From Eledone cirrhosa (taxonomy: Eukaryota): 64,000 nucleotides of DNA. The stretch is taken from NCBI GenBank assembly GCA_964016885.1, contig OZ024742.1, forward strand, positions 305,722,001 through 305,786,000, read 5' to 3'. Position 1 is the first letter of the stretch; the number at the start of each line of letters is the position of its first letter. The notes under the pieces were generated by a model. That model had not been told where the DNA came from, did not search any database, and saw only the letters and a list, made by a program, of their open reading frames with translations. The translations under genes and the position numbers were made by a program. Positions 53,243-64,000 of the stretch are shown piece after piece.

Positions 53243-53729
53243 AAACTCGCTCGCTGTTTCGAAAATATTCTTACTATAATATATATATATATTATATATT
53301 TTTAAAATCATTTCTCTGTAACACATAAGTATAATGTGGCTGATTGTAAAGTGTAGTGTTTAAGGTAGCCACAAAAAATTGGTTTCGTTATTGTTCATCT
53401 AGTAGAACTATTTACAACAAGCTTTATCTAATTTCAGATTCTTTTCGTAATATAGTTGTAGAATTAAAGCGGAAAACTGATATTTATATTCTTAAAATCC
53501 CCTTTGCCATTGGCATACTTATATGTTTCGTTTACAATTAATTTGTTTTTATTTATCATAGGAAACTTATTAAATACAATTTTTTACACCTATCCTCATT
53601 TCCTTTAAGTTGTGAGTTAGTTATATTTAAAATATATATTAATTACAACTTTTTGTTTATAAGAAGATTTTTCTACTTAACACACTGGCAATTTTACGTC
53701 ATATTGACTAAAACTATAGCCCCCCCCCC

Positions 53730-53760
<31 letters not shown>

Positions 53761-55239
53761 ACCCCACCCGAAAAAAAAACCCCTCAGAAAATGATAGACG
53801 TTACTATAGAATATCATTTTGCAATACTTTTCAGTTCTGACTAATATCCATTACTAATAAATATATTTTTTGTTGTTGTTGCACATTCATAAACCATTGT
53901 AATAATTCATTCAATCACGTGTATATTTAACTTTTTCACCCAATTGTTATCCCATATATATTCCTGTCTCTTTATTTCTGTACCATTTTCCTATACCCTG
54001 AATGAACCCCATCTTGGATACTGCCATTGCTTTTTATTTATATTTCCTGTGAGAATCAAAGTTTTACTTTGATTGGTTGATTGGGCCAATGTTTCAATTG
54101 CAAAGCATTTTAGGAAAGAGTATTTTACTAGAGCCTCGATTCAACCCAAATAAAGAATAAAGAACCCTTCATTCTCGAAAGGAATTGTACCTGGAAAGAT
54201 CTTTTCTGAGGTAAGGTGTTTTGTGGTAGTCAAGCAGTCCCTTAATAATAGAGGTCTCTTATTCCATGCCACCGATTTTTTCCAAAGGAGAGACAAAGGC
54301 CGATACAGCTTGGCACCATCGACGTCACAACGCATATTTTCGGGCTGAATGCAAAATAAAGTGTCTTGTATAAGAAAACAATACACTACACGGTGCGGGT
54401 ATCACACTCACAACCTCACGGTTGCAAGCCCAATCTCTAAGCCAATTATTTAATATTGCGAATGAAATCGGGTTGACGCAAATTCAAAGGTCCAGCTTTG
54501 TCACATATTGTGTCCCGCTGATTTATTTGAGAATTATTTTAAGCTTATACGATTCTGTATAATACCCAGCCATGTAGACATTAATCTCACAAGGCGCCAT
54601 TCTATTACTCGAACAACTACAACTGGAAGCTCTCCGTAGAAACCAAGGGAAGTTTCATTATATATATGTATGCGTATGTTTATTTACCTGTATATGTTAT
54701 TATAAATTTATGTACTATATGTATCACACATTAAACAGTTTGTGTCCATTCTTTGCATCTTCCTAGTAAACGTACTTTACGGTTTGGTTCAGCAATTTTC
54801 TAATGTTTCCTCTCCTCTCTGTGTATAACCACACATCAGTGTAGAATTGTCGTCACGGCTCTCTAGACTCATCCTATTCTTGTTATTGTTGCTTATCTGC
54901 CAACAATAACAACATCAACCATCGGATAAAAAAGAAGTGAGGAAGCAGAAGAAATTCCCTTCATCCCTCTGTGACCAACTTGCCAATAGCATCATCACTG
55001 CATTTCGTCTCGTTTCGTTTCCTTTTCGCTAGATTCTACAAAGGATGCCATTTTAATTCTTCGGAAATTAATTGTTGTTGCCGTTGTCGTTGATTATGGT
55101 GATGATGTTGATGATGAGGGTGGTGGTGATGATGATGAAGATGATGATGATGATGATGATGACGACGATTATGTTCATATCGCAAGTAATGATAATGATG
55201 ATGATGTTCACAATGCCAGTGATAATGATGATGTTGATA

Positions 55240-55271
<32 letters not shown>

Positions 55272-56816
55272 AATGATATTCAGAACGCCAATAATGACGA
55301 TGGTAATAATGGTGCTGTTATATTGGTGGTGGCTATTTTGAAGCATTTTTTTTTTCTAATTTTTCATATTTAGTTTCTTGTTTATATCTCAAATAGTTCC
55401 GCCTTTCTTTCTTTCCTTCTTTCTTTAATTTCTTTTAATCTATAATTTCTTTCTTTCCATTTTTCTTACTGTCTATCTCTCTATCTGTCATTCTCATTGC
55501 TTTCCATTCATTAATTGTCTTTCTCTGTCTCTTTCACTCCTACAATTTCCTTCTTTTTTCCTTCTATTTCATTTCTTTTTTTACCCCTCTTTCCCACCTA
55601 TCTTATCAAGAGCATTCTCTCCCCCCTCTCTCTAACTCACTGTTTCTCTTCACCAGTCTCACTGTCTATACTCATCTCATTACCCCCCCCTCTCTCTCTC
55701 TCTGTCTTCACCAATCTATACACCTCCCCCTCTATATTTCTCTGTTCTTCAGTCTATATAACTCTCCAGCTCTCTCTCCCTGTCTCCCTGATCATCAGTC
55801 TATACACCTCTCACTACCTCCCTACCTCTTTCCCCCACTTTCAATTCCCCTTCTTTGTTAATCACCGTTGGAATTTGAAATATAAGTGAATCAGCGAAAA
55901 TCAGGAATGAACTAGATGAGTAGAAATTAAGTTGGTGGTGGTTGCAGATAGAAGATTAAGTACATTAAAGACAGAGGTGGTGATGTTGATGGTAGTGGTG
56001 GAGGTGATGGTGGGGTTGTTCATGGTGGTCGTGGTGTAGATTTTGATGTATTGGTAGTGATGGTTGCGGTTGTGGTGATGGAAGTGGTGATGTTGTTGTG
56101 GTAATGGAAGTGAGATGATGCTGTTGTTGATGTTGGTGGTAGATAACTGAGAAGCTGAAAGATACAGAAGCAACGGGAGAGGTAAAGATGCAGAACATAT
56201 ACAGAGAGGTGTATATATATATAGAGGGGAGGGGGATGTAGGAGATATTGATAGAAAACGTATGAAGAGAAAGTGAAAAATAGACAAATAGAGATATATA
56301 TACAGAGAGGGGTAGAAAGGGAAGAGTTAAAACTGACAGATTGAAAGAAAAAGAGAGGGGTAGAGAGAGGGAGAAGAGTGAAAGACAGATAGATAGAAAT
56401 AGATAGAGAATGAGAGATAAAAAAGAGAAAGAGAGAAAACTAAAAAAGTACTAGAGAGTATAATGAGAAAGAAATAGGAAGATAGAAATAGTGAGAGAGA
56501 AAGAGAGAGATAAAGAGAGATGGTGAGAGAGTTAGAGAAAGAGAGAGCTGGTGAGAGAAAAAGAGAGGGATCGAAAACTCAAAAAGTAACAGAATATAAT
56601 AAGAGCGAGTGAGAGTATATTGAGAGGGAAAGAGAGAGAAATAGTAAGAGATATAAAAAGGGAGAGAGGGAAAGAGAGAGAGAGAGAAAAATGATGATGA
56701 GAAAGAAATAGTAAGAGAAAGAGGGAGCGAGATCTAGAACTAAAAAAGTAACAGAATATAATAAGAGTGATTGAGAGAATAGTGAGGGGAAAAGAGAGAG
56801 AAATAGTAAGAAACAT

Positions 56817-56910
<94 letters not shown>

Positions 56911-57242
56911 TGAGAGAGAAAGAGTACGAGAAAGAGAGACAAATGGTGAGAGAGAAAGAGAAAGAGAAAGATAGAGAAATGATGAGAGAGAAAGAGGGAG
57001 AGAGATCTGAAACTCAAAAAGTGAGAGAATATAATGAGAGTGAGTGAGAGAATAATGAGAGAAACAGAGAGAGAAATAGTAAGAATCATAGAGAGAGAAA
57101 GAGAGAGGGAGATGGTGAGATAGAAAGTTTAAGAGAAAGAGGAAGAGAGATCTAAAAATCAAAAAGTGAGAGAATACATTAAGTGAGATTGAGAGTATAA
57201 TGAAACAAAATGAGAGAGAAATGTTGAGAAACACTGAAAGAG

Positions 57243-57276
<34 letters not shown>

Positions 57277-57285
57277 TGACCGAGA

Positions 57286-57346
<61 letters not shown>

Positions 57347-57578
57347 GTAGTCAGAATTGAAAGCAAGATGAGAAGTGTGAGTGTTGAGACAGAGAGAAAT
57401 ATTTATGAAACAGTAGTACACGATAATTATGAGAGAGGTATTCAAGGGTAGAGTAATTAGTCTACATTATATTTGATATTTATTTACTTAGTTTTTTTAG
57501 ATTTAAATTGTTTTTTCGTTTGTATTGTATTTATTTATTTATTTCATTTATATATTTATTGTCACTATTTTAATACAG

Positions 57579-57653
<75 letters not shown>

Positions 57654-57755
57654 TTATTTTTTTACTATTGTTTTTAATTTTTTCCGTTTGTATTTTTCTG
57701 CTGATTTCTATTCTCTCTTATAGAATTATTAATTCTATCTATCAATCTTTCTTTT

Positions 57756-57987
<232 letters not shown>

Positions 57988-58426
57988 CCCTAACCCACAC
58001 ATCCTCACACACGCACATCCTCACAAACTCACATACACATATATATATAATGTGTGTGCGTGTATTTGTGTATGTGCTTATATCATAACTTAAGCTGTTC
58101 AAATTTATACATCTCTCTACCCTCTGTCTATCGATCTATCTATCTATTTATACTGCTTTTAAACTCACCGTTTCTTGGATTTCTCTCAAAATGGCTTATG
58201 TGTTCATGCATCATTCTTTTGTCTTGTTTCATTCGTTATTTTCCCATCTCTTTTACATACGCACACACACACGCACACGCACACACACACACATACACAC
58301 ACATACACACGCACATAGAGATAGACACATATCCACTGTACCAGAATGCACACAAATACATTACCGCACACATGCGCACCACCAACATATGAATACACTT
58401 ACATATACAGATATTACACCTGTATA

Positions 58427-58481
58427 CATATAAAAAATGTACATATAAATATAAGTATATATATACACACACACAGACACG

Positions 58482-58533
<52 letters not shown>

Positions 58534-58592
58534 CACGTGTGTCTGTGTGTGTGTATATGTATACTTATATTTATATGTACATTTTTTATATA
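58427..58592. repeat. Palindrome centred on a (TA)n tract
   Basis: ATAAAAAATGTACATATAAATATAAGTAT...CAGACACGTG mirrored around (TA)n. Confidence 0.8.
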
Positions 58593-58601
58593 CATATATA
58601 C

Positions 58602-58692
<91 letters not shown>

Positions 58693-58732
58693 CATATATA
58701 TATATACATATATATACATATATATATATATA

Positions 58733-58806
<74 letters not shown>

Positions 58807-58842
58807 CATATATATATACATATATATACATATATATATATA

Positions 58843-58880
<38 letters not shown>

Positions 58881-59787
58881 TACATATACATTCACAATAT
58901 ACAGTTGCATATATATTACATATATCACGAATATATTCACATGTAAACCCCACCCTTCGCCATCCCTCTTATCACCCCCTATCTCCCCTTCAATCCTCTT
59001 CTTCACCTACTTTAATCAGTGCCTCCCCCCCTTCTCCTCCCCCTCCCGTTATCTTTCCTCTTCGTTTTCTGTTTTTCACTTTTACTTTTAAATTATACAT
59101 TCACTCGTAAGTATGTGTGTGTCTGTCTGTGTGTGTGTCTGTGTGTGTGTCTGTGTGTGTGTATGTGTGTGTGTCTGTGTCTGTGCGTGTGTGTGTGTTT
59201 GTATGTGTGTGTGTCTCTGTGGGTGTTTGTCTGTATGTGTGTGTGTGTTTGTCTGTGTGTGTTTGTGTCTCTGTGTGTGTGTGTGTGTGTCTTTGTGTGT
59301 GTTTGTATGTGTGTGTTTGTATGTGTGTGTGGCGGGTGTGGGGGGGGGGGGGGGGTGCGTGTGTGTTTGTATGTGTGTGTACCTCCGTGTGTATATATAT
59401 ACTAATTCGAAACTGAAAGTAGAAAAGGGAAGATAAACGTAAAGTAAGAAAAAAAAACATATGACATGACAGATCTATCTCTATCCCCCCCCCCCCCTCC
59501 TCCCTAGTAAATGTCGCTCTTTGGTAGAATATATCCATACATACATATCTTATGGATAAGCACTTATGCACGAAAACAAACATACACACATACATACATG
59601 CATATACAGTATATATATATATATATATATATACATAAACTTAAAGTTGTATCTATAAGTATCCACAACCTCACTATGGTTTTCGAAATGCCTGTCTCAA
59701 TCACTATTTCTTTTTTAAGTACCCCCTCTTTCTCTCATTCTTATTCCCCCCTCTCTCCCTCTCTCCCTCTCTCCCTCTCTCTCTCTT

Positions 59788-59902
<115 letters not shown>

Positions 59903-60964
59903 TTCTCACGTGGTCTCACTAATAACCAACTATCTCTCCTTATCCATACTCTGTCTCCCCAACATGAAAAATCTTCTCTCTCTGCTCTCTTTCATTCTGC
60001 TTATTCTGCACACACAGACCATTTTCTCTACCAAAACCAACCCAACTCGTCACTCACCCTCGACTAACCAACCACCCAACACCCCAGCGAGCCAACCAGA
60101 CAACCAACCAACCAACGAACCAGCCAACAAACAAACAAACAAATCAAGTAACTCACCACACCAACACCATACTCCCTCGTTCTCTCACTCACCCCCTTAT
60201 TGTAATATAATTTGCTTGTGTTGTACAAGTAGACCTGCCAACCGCTAACATAAAACCTTCCAGCACATATCTAAAATGTCTTCTAAAATTTCCAATTCCC
60301 ATCAAATACTCCAACTCTACTCTTCTCTCCTCGCCATCCTATTTCTATCTCTCTAACTCAAAACATCAAATCCCTCACCTCTCTCATCATTACTATCTCT
60401 TTTATATACTTTCTCTCATTGTCTCTCCCTCTCATTCTCTCTCCCACTCTCTCTCTTCTCCCTCTCTTTTTCCCCTTCTCTCTCTCTCTACGTATCATAC
60501 TTTCTAATTCAAGAATCTCTATTCCACTTCATCTCTGCCCACACCCCTTGACAAAGGCACCATCCAACGAACCACCAGCCGCCTTACACATTCATCTTAA
60601 TATTACCTTCCTTACCTCTTACTCACCATCTCTTAAATTTGCAATCTTTTATTTATTTAATTATTTATTTTTATTTATCGCATTTATTTATTTCATCATC
60701 ATCACTATAATCACCATCATTGCCACCACCACCACCAACACCACCACCACCACTACCACCACCGCCACCACCACTACCACCATCATCATCATCATCATCA
60801 TCAGCGCCATCATTATTATGATTATTATTACCGAGTCGTCACTAATTATTGTTGTTTATACAATTTTAGATTATCTATGATTTTTCTACATTTTCTTTGC
60901 TCTTCTTCTATAGAAAGAAGAGTGTGTGTAGGGGTGGGCAGAAACTCCTGCTTGCCACTCACCT

Positions 60965-61029
<65 letters not shown>

Positions 61030-61837
61030 TGTGCATAATCTTATAGAAAAATTCTTGGCAAACACAACCGTAGTCATATATATATGCACACATGGACGCA
61101 TGTATATTCATATACCTATCTACGCAAGAGTTTGTGTAGCTACATGTTTACGCACGCTTGTGCACATCGTGAAACGAATGCATGTCTTTATATATTCTCA
61201 ATCAACTGATATTACCAAGATTCTGATCCAGGAATCATCTCACGCATGCGCGCGTTTGTCTCTCTTTCGCTCTCTCTATCTCTCACCCCCCCCCCCTCTC
61301 TCACACACATACACACACATTCTCACAGACACTCATATTTATATACAAATATATGTGTATGAGCTTGTTTAGATACCTGGGTATATATCTATCTGCATAG
61401 ACAGAAAAAAATAACACATAAATTATAAATTTATACACAAACATATATACATTTTCATCTTTGTATGCATACAAATATATATACATTTTCATATATGGAT
61501 GTATACATGCATTTATGTATGTATGTATTTACATACATGTGTTTGTATGTATGTGTATATATATGTGTGTGTATATATACACACATATATAAGAACGAAA
61601 CAGAATTTGAGATACAATTTGTTTGATGCATGCGCACCTATACACATATATTGATGCAAATGCAAAACTGCAAGAAATAACAACCATGCATACAAACACT
61701 CAGCCTTCTCCACGGGCAAATGCTCTTCAGCTGATATGGTGCTTTTCATTAGCAACAGTAAAGACTGCATTTCACTATCGAACACGATGTTATTCTGTAT
61801 TATTCTTTCACAATTTTCCTCTCAATTATTCATAACA

Positions 61838-62026
61838 TGGAGAATTGGCAGTATCGATAGAGTGTGGGACGCCGTGCTTTCCATCATAGAGTTAGGCCCC
61901 TTTATGGTCTGAGTTCAAATCCCGTCGAGGTTAACTTTGCCTTTCATCCTTACGGGGTCAATAAAATAAAGTACCAATGATGCACTGGGAAAATTGCTGG
62001 CCCTGTGCCAATAGTAGAATCAATTG
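61838..62026 (+). mobile_element. SINE family S1
   Basis: Same head and body; imperfect TSD CAATTRTTCATAAC. Confidence 0.85.
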
Positions 62027-62112
62027 TTCATAACCATCTGAAACCTTACAGAACCTCATTTGCGCGCCATATCATTCTTGAGTCTCTTCTTCTTTTTATG
62101 GAACGGGCCTCG

Positions 62113-62435
62113 ATAGTTTTCGATGGTGAGCATTCCAGTTGTTCGATCAAATGAACAGCCTGTTCGTGAAATTTAACGTGTTCATACTCTACCAACGCCT
62201 ATACATTTAACATAATTTCCAGAGAGATTCAGCGAGATACACAAGTACGACAAATCTGTCTCCTTCAATTATAGACACAGTATATCCGGCGGTCTTCCAA
62301 ACAGCTTCTACCAACAAATTTCCCTCACAAAGCGTAGGTTGAACTGAGACTAAAGTAAATGCTACTTCTGTAAGAGATCACGCAATGGGATCGAATAGAG
62401 AGCTTAATGATTGCACAATGAACATATTAGTCATT
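62113..62435 (-). mobile_element. Old SINE family S2
   Basis: TTCGATGGTGAGCATTCCAGTTGTTCGATCAAATGAACAGCCTG ... ATGGGATCGAA. Confidence 0.55.
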
Positions 62436-62457
62436 TGCGTATTCTGCGTTCATCCTT

Positions 62458-62501
<44 letters not shown>

Positions 62502-63094
62502 TGGTGCTACTGGTAACAACCTGTCAGTACAACCTGTCTCATGGTCGGGTCGTTGGCGACTAAACTGGCAACCCCACCAAGGTTTCTCCGTGAGGAGGGT
62601 GACTTTGGACATCCGGCAGGACTAAAAACAAAACCTGTCAAAGGGCAAAGGAGCTCTTAAGATCCAATGGCCATCCAAAATCACCCGGAGATATGACCCC
62701 TTAGCCTTTGTCAAGGTAGAATTCTAGGAGAAGGAAAACTCTGATATAACACCTGCAACCATGATGATATCCAAAGATGTTGATTTGTTCTTCTCTTTGG
62801 TAAATATCATCTTGGTTAAGAGAGTGGGCCTGGCTTTGTGCAGTGTCTTTGCTCACTATAAAAGCTTCACGGCACAGGCATTGCTTTATATCTGGAGATC
62901 GCTCTGCACTTGTCGTCTCATGGTACCATGGGCCCACCACTATGTGTCAATAATTGTCACAAGTGTAGTGTTTGTACCAGACTTTTCAGGTCGCCGGGTG
63001 GACTAAAATGTCACACTCGTTCAGCGCATCGGTAGGGGTTCTCCTACATGGATATAAAGTAGTGGCCGTACTCGAAAACGAGTTGGCAGCCACC
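62502..63094 (+). mobile_element. Non-autonomous RTE-derived element (5'UTR-like part joined to an RTE 3' end), between (TA)n
   Basis: RTE-like 5' motifs (AAACTGGCAACCCCAC, GGAGAAGGAAAACTCTG). The 3' part matches 32551-32920. Ends in (TA)n. Confidence 0.65.
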
Positions 63095-63141
63095 ATATAT
63101 ATATATATATAAATACATAAATGTGTGTATATATATATATG

Positions 63142-63205
<64 letters not shown>

Positions 63206-63219
63206 TATAGATATATATA

Positions 63220-63401
63220 TAGGAACAAGTAAGACCCCGACAGCTGAGCTCAAGCCGTTTCGACGGCTAATTAGCCGTCGAAACGGCTTGAGCTCAGCTG
63301 TCGGGGTCTTACTTGTTCCTATTACCCACTCTACTACCCTAAGTATTGAGTACTTTGGTGCGTTATGGTCCACCTGGTTCCTTACCACATTTCCTTCGTT
63401 A
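63220..63401 (+). mobile_element. Fold-back copy of repeat family A
   Basis: Perfect palindrome 63220-63321 centred on CTAA|TTAG, plus the same tail. (TA)n flanks. Confidence 0.8.
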
Positions 63402-63574
63402 GATATATATATATATTTATTAAAATAACAGATTAAAGTTTAAGCAAAGAATCGCTGCTTTCACCCTTAACGGGATCTTCTGAAACTAACAAAGTCAATC
63501 TGTAAACGCAGAACTGAATATTTCAAAAAACGTTGCAACCGGAGGAAAACAGGAAAACGATACTTTGGTTCGTG

Positions 63575-63838
63575 GAAACGTTCGCTGGCAAAGAACGGGA
63601 AAAAACGAATATAATACGTCATTAATAGGAGCGGTGAAAAACAATTACGCGCAAAGACAGAACCACGTTTATGGTATAAAAGAGGTCGTAGACTAAAGTT
63701 CTCTTAGGTGGTGCATAGAGACGTTCTCTGGCAATGAACGAAAAAATGAAGATAATACGTCATATGTGGAGCGTGGAGAACAATAGCACGCAAAGACAAA
63801 ACCACGTAAATGGTATAGCAGAAGTCGTAGACTAAAAT
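63575..63838. repeat. Diverged tandem duplication, ~143-bp period
   Basis: ACGTTC.CTGGCAA.GAACG...ATAATACGTCAT...CGCAAAGACA.AACCACGT..ATGGTATA...GTCGTAGACTAAA occurs twice. Confidence 0.8.
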
Positions 63839-64000
63839 ACTAACTAGGAGACCAAATGAATCTCCGCTACAGAGTTAAGAACAAAGTAAATAAATACAAT
63901 ACAGAAGTAATAGAAATAAATAAATACATACACGCAAACATGTATGTATTTATTTATTTCTATTACTTCTGTATTGTATTTATTTACTTTGTTCTTAACT

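Overview
AT-rich, microsatellite-saturated animal genomic DNA. The SINE families and repeat landscape look like Octopus/cephalopod (inference). Most listed ORFs are artefacts of (TA)n, (CA)n, (GA)n, (ATCT)n and (GGT)n tracts. The real content is: (1) one 117-bp coding exon of a NOL4/NOL4L-like gene (14873-14989, +), so much of the window is probably intronic; (2) an apparently intact, full-length Tx1/L1-group non-LTR retrotransposon (ORF1 with CCHC knuckle, ORF2 with APE, RT and a Cys/His C-terminus) at ~46059-51781, plus a 5'-truncated relative at ~35291-37213, both with (ATCT)n on both flanks; (3) a 5'-truncated Penelope-like element (RT C-terminus + GIY-YIG) with inverted pseudo-LTRs carrying hammerhead motifs; (4) several short fold-back insertions from different families sharing the layout (TA)n - short inverted arm - fold-back - long arm + tail - (TA)n, some with hammerhead motifs; (5) tRNA-derived SINEs, RTE-derived non-autonomous elements, MITEs and decayed LINE fragments. 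The main candidates for novelty are two apparent microsatellite-targeted retroelement systems: a (GATA/ATCT)n-associated Tx1-like LINE and (TA)n-associated, ribozyme-bearing Penelope-type fold-back insertions.
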